This document shows, one piece after another, positions 1 through 9,677 of a stretch of DNA of 64,000 bases. The notes beneath the pieces are model-generated. The model was not told where the DNA came from. It did no database searches and worked only from the letters and a program-made list of their open reading frames with translations. The stretch covers positions 224,001 to 288,000 of the forward strand of contig CAVZJB010000016.1 of assembly GCA_963775425.1 (NCBI GenBank). Reading direction: 5' to 3'. Positions within the stretch are counted from its first letter, which is position 1. Each line of letters starts with the position of its first letter. The translations under genes and the position numbers were made by a program. This DNA comes from an uncultured delta proteobacterium. Lineage in GTDB: Bacteria > Myxococcota > UBA727 > VGSZ01.

Positions 1-120
1 CCCCGGCGCCGAGGGCCTGTCGGACACCAACCAGCGCGCGCCGCCGCCGGCGGCGACGGCGACCACGCCGAAGCCGATGCCGGCCTTCAGCAGGGTGCGT
101 CGTGTGAGGCGCTGTCGCAT
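1..120 (-). CDS. N-terminus of a Tat-signal protein (runs off the left edge of the window)
   Basis: Reverse strand from ATG at 120 reads MRQRLTRRTLLKAGIGFGVVAVAAGGGARWLVSDRPSAPG; TRRTLLK twin-arginine motif followed by a hydrophobic stretch. Confidence 0.6.
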   Translation of the reverse strand, partial: MRQRLTRRTLLKAGIGFGVVAVAAGGGARWLVSDRPSAPG

Positions 121-238
121 GTGACGACGTCTACACCGGACGGCGCAGGTTTGCCCGCGGATCTTCGACGGTGGTACGACTAGGTGAGAGCCCGCGCGCC
201 ACGAGGAGCGCGGCGCCGTGACGGAAGGCGCCCCGCAC

Positions 239-745
239 ATGATCGAGCTGTACAACTTCTTCGAGAACAACCGCGCCCAGATCCTCACCGCGCTGTTGGC
301 GCGCATCCCCAAGGACATCCCCGCGTACAGCCGCGTGGCGCGCAACGACCTGCGCCAGTCGCTCGAGTACCTGCTCGAGGCCTACACCGACCTGCTGGTC
401 ACCGGCGAGGACGAGAGCCAGCGCACCTACTTCAAGTTCCTCGCCAAGGTGCGCGTGTCGCAGTCCTTCCAGGTCGGCGACATCGTGCACAAGCACCTCG
501 TCATCATGGCCACCGTGCGCCCCATGATCCAGGAGAAGTTCCGCGAGCACAGCGGCGACGGCCTGGCGCTGTTCAACAAGGCCATGGACGTCCTCGAGCG
601 CACCACGTTCAAGTCGGTGGCGACGTACCTCGAGGTCCACAACGCGTACCTCAAGAGCCGCGTGGACGAGCACAACGAGTACGTCGACGAGGAGAACAAG
701 CAGCTCGGCGTGGACATGAGCAAGTTCATCCTGTTCCGAGGCTGA
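239..745 (+). CDS. all-helical protein resembling a stand-alone RsbRD_N/globin-like sensor domain
   Basis: Clean codon usage, MIELYNFFENNRAQILTALL...IPAYSRV...KVRVSQSFQVGDI; the R-x-x-Q-x-F-x-x-x-D pattern resembles RsbR N-terminal-like domains (by eye). Confidence 0.6.
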   Translation: MIELYNFFENNRAQILTALLARIPKDIPAYSRVARNDLRQSLEYLLEAYTDLLVTGEDESQRTYFKFLAKVRVSQSFQVGDIVHKHLVIMATVRPMIQEKFREHSGDGLALFNKAMDVLERTTFKSVATYLEVHNAYLKSRVDEHNEYVDEENKQLGVDMSKFILFRG

Positions 746-754
746 GGCGTAAGT

Positions 755-3700
755 TTGATCTGTCCCAAGTGCGGCCGGCCCGTCGAGGAGAACGCGGTGA
801 TCTGCCGCGGGTGCGACTTCATCCTCGACACCGGCTTCCTCGGCGACGGCATCCTCGACGAAGAGCAGTCGCTGCGCCCGGGCGCCGGCGGCGTCGACCC
901 CGGCGCCTTCAACCTCGCCGACGCCGTCATCCTCGGCAACATCGACGACGACAGCCAGAGCTTCGAGACGTCGGACTCCGGCTTCCACATGCAGCAGCAC
1001 ATGCAGGCGCGCCTGTACGTCTCCGGCCGCAGCCAGGCGCTGATGTCGCCCGACGCGGTGCCCGCGCTCGCCGGCATCGACGCCGGCGACGGCGTGCGCC
1101 TGACACCCTTCGAGAAGCACGTGCTCGCCTTCATCGACGGCAAGCGCCCCGTCGAGGTCATCCGCCGGGCCGCCGGCCTCGACGAGGCCGAGGTCAAGAC
1201 CGCGCTCGCCACGCTCGCCGACAAGGGCGTGGTGAAGGTCGTCGGCCGCGCCCTCGCCGACTTCGATCCGGGGACGGAGACCGCGCCCCGGCGCGCGCCG
1301 CAGCGGCACCGTATGCGCGGCAGCATGGTCGGCGCCGTCGCGCTCGTCGGTGACGAGGCCGATCGCGCCATCGAGGAGGCGTTTCGCACGCAGGTGGCGC
1401 TGTCGCCGCTCGGGCCCGCCTCCCGCGCCGCCGGCGTCGCCGACGGCGACGTGTTCGACGCGCGCCCCGCCAAGCGCGGCGTCCGCGACACCGGGCCGCG
1501 CGAGGTCACCGGCGCGCTCTCCGACCTGCCGAGCGACGTCGACCAGTTCGTCGGCCTGAAGGGCACCGACGAGATCGAGAAGAAGCGGCTCGCGGGCGAG
1601 CACACCTCGTCGACGCTGCGGCCGAGCGCGCAGAAGGCGGCGGTCAACCGCGCGCCGAGCGGCAAGATCCCGCCGCGGCCGCCGCCGGACGACTCGCAGG
1701 AGGGCATCGACGCGTCCGCGGAGGCGTCGGCGGTGGAGCGCTCCATCGTCGACAAGAGCGACGGCTTCGACGACTTCGGCCAGCCCTCCGACGTCTCCAC
1801 GGCCGTCGTCGCGCAGCAGTTCTCGGACTCGTCGAACCCCGGGCCGCCCACCGGCGCGCGCGAGCGCCCGCGCTCGGGTGTGTTCGCCGACATCTCGGAC
1901 CTCGACGGCGGCGTGCCCATCGAATCCGTGCAGAGCCTCGCCGACAGCCGCCTCGTCGTGAGGCCCAAGCTCACCGGCGTCGGGCCGCGGCCGTCGCCGC
2001 ACATGGCGTCGTCGCACAGCGGGGCGCACCCGCGCAACGACGAGCCCGTGCCCATCGGCTCGAGCGAAATCGACGACTCGCTGTCGGTGGAGATCGAGCG
2101 GCGCGCCGCCAGCGGCGAGGTCTGGGACAACAGCTCCGGGAGCAGCCCGCGCCCGCCCACGTCACAGGGCGAGCGGAGGACCGCCGCGTCCGCGTCGCTG
2201 TCGGACCTGCTGTCGGACAACGACGAAGAGGCCACCGCCAACCTCCCCCCCGACCACGCCAAGAGGCTCATCGCCGCCGGCCAGCACCGGCGCGCGCAGG
2301 ACGACGAGGACAGCTCCTTCGAGGAGCCCACCGCGGCGGGCCAGCCGCCGCCGCCGCTGCCCCTGCCCCGCGTGGGCCCGCGCGCCGCGCAGGCGGCGCC
2401 GGTGGCCGAGGCGACGTCGTCGAGCCGCGTGGGGCGCCCGCGGCAGTCGGCCATGGTGTCCATGCCCGACGAGGACGGCGTGCAGGAGGCGCTCGACGAG
2501 ACCTCCGGGCTCCACGACGTCGACCACGGGCGGCCGCCCGCTGCGGCAGGCGACCGGCCGCAGCGGCGCGCCACCGGCGCCGTCGACGAGATCTTCGACG
2601 AGGGGTCGGACGGCTTCCTGGCGCCCACGGGCCCCGAGGTGCCGAAGGCGCGCGGCAGGCCGCGGCTGTCGAGCGGCAGCGAGGACGTGTCCTCGTCGAT
2701 GCCGTCGGCCATGGTGCAGTCCATCGAGGTGAGGTCCGTCCACGACTCGAGCCTGGAGACGGCGCCGCCCTCGCAGGAGCCGCCGTCGTCGAGCGAGGCG
2801 CCGCGCCGCGACCCTTCGGAGATCTCCGCGCCCGACGACAGCGAGGACGACGGCTCCGTCGAGATGGTGGACTCCGGGCTGGTCATCCGCCCGGCCGCCA
2901 GGGCGAACCCGCTGCAGCGGCGGGCGTCTGCGCCGCGGCGGGCGATGGCGTCGTCGGAGGCGTCGACGAGTGATTCCGCGCGGCCGCTCCCTCCGGTCGC
3001 CGATCCCGCGCGGCCGCTCCCTCCGGTCGCCGATCCCGCGCGGCCGCTCCCTCCGGTCGCCGATCCGCGCAAGAGCCCGCCGCCGCCGCCGGGCCCGCCG
3101 CGCATGGCCTCGCGCGTGAACGCGAGCAAGCGCGACGACCCGAACGCCACCTACGCGCGCTCGCTCGAGGGGAGCATCGAGCTCGACCCGCCGTCGTCGA
3201 GCTCGGAGGTGCCGTTCGAGTCGAGCGAGGAGACGGTGAACATCGACCGCGACGAGCAACAGCGCCGCGGCCTCGACGCCGCGCGCGGCGACGGGCCGCT
3301 CATCGCCGGCGGGCGCGCCGGCGGCGTCGCCGCGATCCCGTCGGGGTTCTCGCAGGTGGCGGTGGCGCCCGAGCAGACGCAGTCGCGGCCGCGCGTCACC
3401 GACGAGAACCGCCGGAAGGCGCGCAAGCTGTTCGACGAGGCCGTGAAGGAGGCGGAGAGCGGGCGGCTCGGCGCGGCGCGCATGAACGCCAAGCTCGCGA
3501 GCATCTATGACCCCGACACGCCCAGGTACAAGGAGCAGTTGCTGGCGTGGGAGAACCCGGCGGCGCCGGCGCGGCCGCCGACGATGCAGACGGCGCAGGC
3601 GATGAGCTCGTCGTCGCGGCCGTCCGACGACAGCCAGATCGAGATCAAGGCGCTGTACGACGAGGCGCAGCGCTACGAGGACGACGGCGACATCGACGAG

Positions 3701-3916
3701 GCCCTCGACGTGCTCGAGCAGGGCGTCTCGCGCTTCCCGATGGCGGCGGCGTTCCACAACCGCATCGGCGTCATCCTCGCGCTGCGCAAGCGGGACTACG
3801 AGGGCGCGGTGCAGGCCATCCAGCGCGCCATCGACATCGACCCGGAGAACCTGCACTACAAGTCCAACCTCGGGAAGATCGTCGCCAAGATGCGCGGGGC
3901 GCGCGCCGATGCGTGA
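755..3916 (+). CDS. large zinc-ribbon / wHTH-like / low-complexity / TPR protein
   Basis: N-terminal CPKC..CRGC; LTPFEKHVLAFIDGKRPV..LADKGVV winged-helix-like block; long acidic Pro/Ser-rich middle; C-terminal TPRs (AFHNRIGVIL..AIQRAIDIDPEN). Confidence 0.8.
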   Translation: MICPKCGRPVEENAVICRGCDFILDTGFLGDGILDEEQSLRPGAGGVDPGAFNLADAVILGNIDDDSQSFETSDSGFHMQQHMQARLYVSGRSQALMSPDAVPALAGIDAGDGVRLTPFEKHVLAFIDGKRPVEVIRRAAGLDEAEVKTALATLADKGVVKVVGRALADFDPGTETAPRRAPQRHRMRGSMVGAVALVGDEADRAIEEAFRTQVALSPLGPASRAAGVADGDVFDARPAKRGVRDTGPREVTGALSDLPSDVDQFVGLKGTDEIEKKRLAGEHTSSTLRPSAQKAAVNRAPSGKIPPRPPPDDSQEGIDASAEASAVERSIVDKSDGFDDFGQPSDVSTAVVAQQFSDSSNPGPPTGARERPRSGVFADISDLDGGVPIESVQSLADSRLVVRPKLTGVGPRPSPHMASSHSGAHPRNDEPVPIGSSEIDDSLSVEIERRAASGEVWDNSSGSSPRPPTSQGERRTAASASLSDLLSDNDEEATANLPPDHAKRLIAAGQHRRAQDDEDSSFEEPTAAGQPPPPLPLPRVGPRAAQAAPVAEATSSSRVGRPRQSAMVSMPDEDGVQEALDETSGLHDVDHGRPPAAAGDRPQRRATGAVDEIFDEGSDGFLAPTGPEVPKARGRPRLSSGSEDVSSSMPSAMVQSIEVRSVHDSSLETAPPSQEPPSSSEAPRRDPSEISAPDDSEDDGSVEMVDSGLVIRPAARANPLQRRASAPRRAMASSEASTSDSARPLPPVADPARPLPPVADPARPLPPVADPRKSPPPPPGPPRMASRVNASKRDDPNATYARSLEGSIELDPPSSSSEVPFESSEETVNIDRDEQQRRGLDAARGDGPLIAGGRAGGVAAIPSGFSQVAVAPEQTQSRPRVTDENRRKARKLFDEAVKEAESGRLGAARMNAKLASIYDPDTPRYKEQLLAWENPAAPARPPTMQTAQAMSSSSRPSDDSQIEIKALYDEAQRYEDDGDIDEALDVLEQGVSRFPMAAAFHNRIGVILALRKRDYEGAVQAIQRAIDIDPENLHYKSNLGKIVAKMRGARADA
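2972..3066 (+). repeat. 3 x 30-bp coding tandem repeat (ARPLPPVADP)
   Basis: Unit gatcccgcgcggccgctccctccggtcgcc repeated three times in frame. Confidence 0.9.
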
Positions 3917-3928
3917 TCCTCTCGCGCG

Positions 3929-5209
3929 GTGTTGATCGTGCGCGTCGACGACGACGGCGGCATCAGCGGTGACGGCGACGCGCTCGAGCTGCCGGGCTTC
4001 GTGAACGCGCACAGCCACGCCTTCCAACGCGCGCTGCGCGGGCGAGTGGAGACGCGGAGCGCCGATCACCCGAACGACTCCTTCTGGTCGTGGCGAACGA
4101 CGATGTACGGCGACGCCGCCCGCCTCGACGTCGACGACGTCTACGCGCTCGCGTGCTGGGCCTACGCGGACATGCTGCGGGCCGGCTTCACCGCGGTCGG
4201 CGAGTTCCACTACCTGCACAACGACGAGTCCGGCGCGCCCTACGCGCGGCCGGAGATGTCGCTCGCGCTCGCGCGGGCGGCGGAGGCCGTAGGCATCCGC
4301 CTCGTCCTCCTCGAGACCGCCTACGCCCGCGGCGGGCCGGACACGGCCCTGGCCCCCGCCCAGCGCCGCTTCGCCTTCCCCACCGTCGACGCCTTCCTCG
4401 CCCACGTCGAGCGCAGCCGCGCGGCCTGCGCGAGCGTGGTGGGACGCGCGGCGACGGTCACCCCCGGCGTCGCCCTGCACTCGGTGCGGGCCTGCCCCCG
4501 CGATTGGATCGAGGCCGTCGCGCGCTACGCCGAGGAAGACGGCCTGCCGCTGCACGTGCACGCGTGTGAGCAGCGCGCGGAGATCGCGGCGTGCCGGGCG
4601 GAGCACGGCGTGGGCCCCATCGCGCTCCTCGACGCGTGCGGCGCGCTCGGTCCGCGCACCACCGTCGTGCACGCCACCCACATCGACGACGACGACGTCG
4701 CGCTCCTCGCCGCGCGCGGCGCGCTCGTGTGCCTCACGCCGTCCACGGAGCGGAACCTCGGCGACGGCCTCTGCCCCATCGCGTCGCTGCGCGCCGCCGG
4801 CGTGCGCTTGTGCGTGGGCACCGACTCGCACGCACGCATCGACGTCGTCGACGAGCTGCGCTCGCTCGAAGACCACGAGCGCCTTCGCACCGAGCGCCGC
4901 AACGTCCTCGTCGAGCCCGGCGCCCGCCTCGCGCAGGCGCTGTTGCCGGCGGGCACCCGTGACGGCCGCGCCGCCTTGGGCCTCGACGGGCAAAGCGCCG
5001 ACCGCGTCGTCGTCGCCATGCCCCTCGAGGGCCAGGCCGGCGACGCCGCCGCCGGCCTCGACGCCTGGTTGGTCGGCGGCTCGAGCGCCTCGGTGCGCGA
5101 CGTCTTCGTCGACGGGCGGCCCGTGGTGCAGCGCGGCGCGCTCGTCGCCGGCGAAGCCGCCGTCGAAGCCGCCGCCCGCGCCGTGCTCACGAAGCTGCGC
5201 GGACGCTGA
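3929..5209 (+). CDS. hutF: formimidoylglutamate deiminase-like amidohydrolase
   Basis: LPGFVNAHSHAFQRALRG, FWSWR, EFHYLH, HSVRAC, HVHACEQ, TERNLGDG, GTDSH motifs; start uncertain and N-terminus short. Confidence 0.8.
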   Translation: MLIVRVDDDGGISGDGDALELPGFVNAHSHAFQRALRGRVETRSADHPNDSFWSWRTTMYGDAARLDVDDVYALACWAYADMLRAGFTAVGEFHYLHNDESGAPYARPEMSLALARAAEAVGIRLVLLETAYARGGPDTALAPAQRRFAFPTVDAFLAHVERSRAACASVVGRAATVTPGVALHSVRACPRDWIEAVARYAEEDGLPLHVHACEQRAEIAACRAEHGVGPIALLDACGALGPRTTVVHATHIDDDDVALLAARGALVCLTPSTERNLGDGLCPIASLRAAGVRLCVGTDSHARIDVVDELRSLEDHERLRTERRNVLVEPGARLAQALLPAGTRDGRAALGLDGQSADRVVVAMPLEGQAGDAAAGLDAWLVGGSSASVRDVFVDGRPVVQRGALVAGEAAVEAAARAVLTKLRGR

Positions 5210-5212
5210 GCG

Positions 5213-6691
5213 TCAGCGGGCACAGATCCAGATGTCGAAGTGATCGGTGCGGCCCCAGCGGCGGTACTTCGCGAGGAACGCGGCCCGGAACGCGTCGGAG
5301 AACACGGGCTTTCCGTCGTAGATGCTCACGAGGGAAAACGGCGGCTCGTCGACGGGAACGAGCCACACGTCGGCGGCGCAGCGCTCGAGGAGCGGCAGCA
5401 GCGGCGCGGAGCCGTCGACGCCGCTCGCGCGGCTCTCCATCACGGTCACCGCGTCCACGAGCGCGGGCCTGCCGTGCAGCACCAGCAGCGCGCGCGCCGT
5501 CTGCGTGGCCTGGTAGTGGGTCGCGCCGTAGCCCATCTGCACCGTCGCCGCGGCGTTGTCGTCGGCGAAGGAGAGCGCCTCCTGCGCCAGCGCCGCCTCC
5601 GCCGGCAGCGCCGACAGCCGCCGGAACACCACGGGCCAAAGCGGCGACCCCGCCGCCAGCGCCAGCGCCGGCAGCAGGGCCAGCGCCGGCAGCGACCGGC
5701 CGCCGAGCCGCCGCAGGGCCTCGGCGAGCACCGGCAACAGCGGCAGCAGGTGGTAGCTGCCGGCGCCCGGAAACGACGCGGGGATCGCGACGAGCAGGGA
5801 CGCCGCCGCCGCCGCCGCGAGGAGCGGCGCGCTCGCCCGGCGCGCCTCCCGCGGCGCGATCGCGGCCGCGACGACGACGGGGAGCCACACCGCGGCGAGC
5901 ACCTCGACCACGGGCACCACCGCCGCCGCCTGGAACGCCCGCGTGCCGCCGAGCAGGGCCAGCGTGTGGACCTCGTCGACGAGGGACAGCCGCGGCAGCA
6001 GGAACGGGGCGAGCGCCGCCGCGGCCGTCGCCGCCGCCGCCACCGCGAGCGCCCGCGCCCGGCGCCCGAGGCCGCGCTCGCGGGCGACGGCGTCGACGAC
6101 GACGGGCGCGACGTAGAGGACCGCGTGCGCCTTGAAGCCGAACGCGAGGCCCGCGCACAGCCCGGCCGCCGCCGGAGCGAGCCAGGCGCGGCGCAGGCCG
6201 AGGGCGCCGACCGCGAGCGCCGCCACGAGCAGCTCGAAGGGATCGGGGCGCACCCAGAAGAAGGTCGGGTTGAACAGGAGCAGGCCGCCGAAGAACAGCG
6301 CGAGCGCGACGGGCTCCCTGCGGCAGCGCCACCCCATGAGCGCCGCCGCCGCCGCCAGGGCGAGCGCCGACGCGATCTTGCCCGCGGCGATGCCGCCCCC
6401 GAACAGCGCCGCCGCGACGGCCTCGACGACGTAGCAGAGCGGCCCGTAGACGGCCCACATGCGGGGGAGGCCGCCCGCGAGCGGCGCGTACGGCGCCTCG
6501 CCGCCGGACGCCCACAGGTGCCCGATGACGACGACGTTTCCCTCGTTGTGGTCGAGGTAGGCGGCGCTCCCGAGGTAGCGCGCTATCTCGACGCCGGCGA
6601 CGCACAGGGCGCCGGCGACCACGGCGAGCGCGAGGGCGGCGGCGACGAGGTCCCGCGCGCCGCGCGCTGGAGCGAGCGGAGCCCGGGGCAC
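5213..6691 (-). CDS. polytopic membrane protein, GT-C/ArnT-like glycosyltransferase candidate
   Basis: DHNEG after TM1, YGPL, FWVRPD, FKAH motifs and many TM helices; GTG start at 6691 inferred. Confidence 0.6.
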   Translation of the reverse strand: MPRAPLAPARGARDLVAAALALAVVAGALCVAGVEIARYLGSAAYLDHNEGNVVVIGHLWASGGEAPYAPLAGGLPRMWAVYGPLCYVVEAVAAALFGGGIAAGKIASALALAAAAALMGWRCRREPVALALFFGGLLLFNPTFFWVRPDPFELLVAALAVGALGLRRAWLAPAAAGLCAGLAFGFKAHAVLYVAPVVVDAVARERGLGRRARALAVAAAATAAAALAPFLLPRLSLVDEVHTLALLGGTRAFQAAAVVPVVEVLAAVWLPVVVAAAIAPREARRASAPLLAAAAAASLLVAIPASFPGAGSYHLLPLLPVLAEALRRLGGRSLPALALLPALALAAGSPLWPVVFRRLSALPAEAALAQEALSFADDNAAATVQMGYGATHYQATQTARALLVLHGRPALVDAVTVMESRASGVDGSAPLLPLLERCAADVWLVPVDEPPFSLVSIYDGKPVFSDAFRAAFLAKYRRWGRTDHFDIWICAR

Positions 6692-6695
6692 GCGC

Positions 6696-7112
6696 CTACC
6701 GGCCGTGCACGAGGACCTTCGGGCCGTCCTCGAAGAGCACCTCGATCTTGTTGTCCTTCTGCGCCGTGGCCACGCCGAGCCCGAAGCTCGGGTGCTCCAC
6801 GAGGTCGCCGGGCTTGAACTTCTCCTTGGGGGAATACCGGCGGGCCATCGCCAGCTCCCTTCCCTTGAGGAGGTCCTTGTAGTGCGACGCCCTCGCCTGC
6901 CCCGGCTGCGGACCGCGCGGCCCGCGCTCTTCGCGCTCCCGCACCTGGCGGGGCGCCTCGCCCGGCTTCCAGGGCTTGTAATTGTGCTGCGCGTGGCAGG
7001 TATTGCACTGCACACGGGCAGGCTTGTCGCCGACCATGGCCTCGATGGTGTGGGCGAGCATCAGATTGCACTTGCCACACCAGCTATCGACGTTCCCGCC
7101 CACCTTGAGCAT
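6696..7112 (-). CDS. zinc-finger plus Tudor/SH3-like small protein
   Basis: WCGKC..CNTC..H motif; C-terminal FKPGDLVEHPSFGLGV. Confidence 0.8.
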   Translation of the reverse strand: MLKVGGNVDSWCGKCNLMLAHTIEAMVGDKPARVQCNTCHAQHNYKPWKPGEAPRQVREREERGPRGPQPGQARASHYKDLLKGRELAMARRYSPKEKFKPGDLVEHPSFGLGVATAQKDNKIEVLFEDGPKVLVHGR

Positions 7113-7148
7113 TGCTAGACTCCCGTCGGTCAGCTTCTAGGAGCGAGC

Positions 7149-7937
7149 GTGAGCATCTTCAAGCGCATCAGTGATCTCGTCAAAAGCAACGTGAACGACG
7201 CCCTCGACAAGGCCGAGGACCCCCGGAAGGTCCTCGAGCAGACCATCCTCGACATGGAGGGCGAGCACAAGAAGGCCAAGCAGAAGCTGCTTGAGTCCAT
7301 GACGCTCACCAAGCAGACGGAGAAGCAAGCCGAGAACATGCAGAAGTCGGTGGCCGAGTGGGAGCAGAAGGCCATGGCCGCCCTCAAGGCGGGCAACGAA
7401 GAGCTCGCCCGCGCGGCGCTCGGCGAGAAGCAGAAGACCGAGGAGCTCGTGGCCGAGGCCATCCAGGGCGTGGAGTCGCAGCGGGCGTCGACCGAGGAGC
7501 TCAAGGCGCAGATCAAGAACCTCGAGGAGAAGATCGGCGAGGCCAAGCGCAAGAAGGACGAGCTCCTCGCCCGCCTCAACGCCGCCGAGATGCAAAAGAA
7601 GCAGGCCGCGGCCCGCACCTCGGGGACCTCTGCGGCCAGCGCCGTCGGCGACAACGCCGCCTTCGACACCTTCAACCGCATGGTGGAGAAGATCGAAAAC
7701 ACCGAGGCCGAGGCCGAGGCGCGCCGCGAGCTGCTCGGTGACAAGGCGCCCGAGGTGGACATGGAGCTGAAGAAGCTCTCGGCGCAGCAGACCGCCGACG
7801 ACGCCCTCTCCGCGCTCAAGGCCAAGATGAGCGCGTCGCCGTCGTCGAGCGCGCCGCCGGCGGCCAAGCCTGCCGACGGCAAGGCCGCCGCCATCGACGA
7901 CGAGCTCGAGGCGCTCAAGGCCAAGCTCGGCGGGTGA
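7149..7937 (+). CDS. pspA: PspA/IM30 family protein
   Basis: MSIFKRISDLVKSNVNDALDKAEDPRKVLEQTILDM, coiled coil, AFDTFNRMVEKI, ELEALKAKLG. Confidence 0.92.
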   Translation: MSIFKRISDLVKSNVNDALDKAEDPRKVLEQTILDMEGEHKKAKQKLLESMTLTKQTEKQAENMQKSVAEWEQKAMAALKAGNEELARAALGEKQKTEELVAEAIQGVESQRASTEELKAQIKNLEEKIGEAKRKKDELLARLNAAEMQKKQAAARTSGTSAASAVGDNAAFDTFNRMVEKIENTEAEAEARRELLGDKAPEVDMELKKLSAQQTADDALSALKAKMSASPSSSAPPAAKPADGKAAAIDDELEALKAKLGG

Positions 7938-7958
7938 TCCTCGCGCTCGCGGCCGCGC

Positions 7959-9620
7959 TCAGAAGCGGCCGGCGAGGAGCACCGCCGGCACCGGATCGCC
8001 GCCCTTCATGGAGGGCAGCGCCGCGATCGCGGGCGGGAACAGCTCGAGCTCCTTGTTCAGCAGCGGATCGATCTCGCGCGGCAGCGCGAGCCCGCCGGCG
8101 GCGCCGAGGGCCGCGCCCGCGAGGGTCAAGCCGGCGATGCCCCAGCCCGTCTCCTCGGTGAAGCCCTGGGGCTCGGCGAGGAAGAACACCACCGAGCCGA
8201 CGCCGGCGCCGACCATGCCGCCGAGCGCGCCGCCGGAGAGCGGGAAGAGGCCGACGTCGAGGTTCGCGGTGGCGATGGTGCCCGCGCCGCCGGCGAGCGA
8301 GCCGACGAGGAGGGCGGCGCCGATGGCGCTGTCGTCGCGCAGGCCGTAGCCGCGCCACACGGCGCCGGTGGCCGTGCCGAGCGTGAGCCCCGCCACGATG
8401 CCGACGCCGAGCGCGCCGAGCGTGGGCGGCCGCTCCTCGACGAGGGCGATCCCCGCCGCGGTGCCCGCGAGCGTGCCGACGAAGGAGAGGTTGGCGGCGG
8501 CGACGGCGGAGTTGGGCGGGAAGCCGGAGACGAGGCCGGCGCCGAAGCCGGCGAACGTGCCGAGGGTGCCGAGCTGCACGACGGTGTGCGCGAGCGGGAG
8601 GGTGTCGGCGCGCGTGAAGGCGTACGCCGACGCCGCGGCCGCGCCGATGGCGGCGCCGCCGAGGCCGCCGAGCGCCGCGGCCTCGGCGCCGGACGAGCCG
8701 CCGTGCGCGGACAGCAGATAGGCGCCGTGGTACCAGCCGACGACGCCGCCGTAGAGGCCGAGCCAGCCGGTGCTGGCGGCGAGGTCGAGGCCGTGGGCCT
8801 GCGTGACGAGGACGATGCCGGGCGGCACGAGGCGCCGGCCCTGCGCGTCGTGCTCGATGGTCTCCTCGGGCTGCGCCTCGTAGACGAGGCCGAGGCGCGC
8901 GCGCATGCGCTCGGCGTAGCCGAGGAACAGCCGCGCCACGCGCTCGTCGGGGTGGTGGGTGGCGGCGGCGATGGCGCCGATGCTGGCGGCGTCGCCGACG
9001 TTGGCGAGCGCCCAGCCGGCCATGGTGACGACGTCGAGGTTGCCGTCCTTCAACGCCGCGACCAGGGGCGCGGTGTGCTGCCCGCCGATGTCGGGGCCGA
9101 GGCGCCCGAGGCACTCGGCGGCGGCGCGGCGCACCGAGGCCTCGATGTCGATGCGCAGGGCGCGCGCACAGATGCGCGCCGTGGCGGTGCCGGCGTCGTC
9201 GGTGGCGAGCAGCCGCAGCGCGAGCGCGCGCGTGGCCGGTTGCTCGGCGCTGCGGGCCGAGCGGCGCAGGAGGGGGCGCGCGGCGGTGATGTCGGTCGCG
9301 GCCATCTTCTCGAGCGCGTCGTCGGACACGAAGCTCGGCGGCGCGTCCGCCTCCGCGGCGGGATCGATCACGCGCGGCGTCGGCTCGGACACGACGGGCG
9401 TCACCTCAGCCGCCCCGTTGGCCTCGCCGGCCTTCGCGTCGCCGGCCTTCGCGTCGCCGGCCTTCGCGTCGCCGGCCTTCGCGTCGCCGGCCTTCGCGTC
9501 GCCGGCCTTCGCGTCGCCGGCCGGCGCCGCCGGCGCATCGCTCGTCGAGGGCGCCGTCGAGGGCGGCGTCGACGGCGGCGTGTCGAGGGCCAGGGCGAGC
9601 GCGAGCCCGAGGAGCAGCAT
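7959..9620 (-). CDS. secreted HEAT-repeat protein with Gly/Ala-rich hydrophobic C-terminal domain
   Basis: Signal MLLLGLALALA; HEAT-like VRRAAAECLGRLG and AGWALANVGD; many GxxxG helices; ends LLAGRF. Confidence 0.7.
   Translation of the reverse strand: MLLLGLALALALDTPPSTPPSTAPSTSDAPAAPAGDAKAGDAKAGDAKAGDAKAGDAKAGDAKAGEANGAAEVTPVVSEPTPRVIDPAAEADAPPSFVSDDALEKMAATDITAARPLLRRSARSAEQPATRALALRLLATDDAGTATARICARALRIDIEASVRRAAAECLGRLGPDIGGQHTAPLVAALKDGNLDVVTMAGWALANVGDAASIGAIAAATHHPDERVARLFLGYAERMRARLGLVYEAQPEETIEHDAQGRRLVPPGIVLVTQAHGLDLAASTGWLGLYGGVVGWYHGAYLLSAHGGSSGAEAAALGGLGGAAIGAAAASAYAFTRADTLPLAHTVVQLGTLGTFAGFGAGLVSGFPPNSAVAAANLSFVGTLAGTAAGIALVEERPPTLGALGVGIVAGLTLGTATGAVWRGYGLRDDSAIGAALLVGSLAGGAGTIATANLDVGLFPLSGGALGGMVGAGVGSVVFFLAEPQGFTEETGWGIAGLTLAGAALGAAGGLALPREIDPLLNKELELFPPAIAALPSMKGGDPVPAVLLAGRF
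9424..9522 (-). repeat. 6 x 15-bp coding tandem repeat (AGDAK)
   Basis: tcgccggccttcgcg repeated six times on the + strand. Confidence 0.9.
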
Positions 9621-9677
9621 GCACGCGACGCTAACACGAGGTGGCACGGGACCGGTCCTGCGGATACGTTCGTCCCG

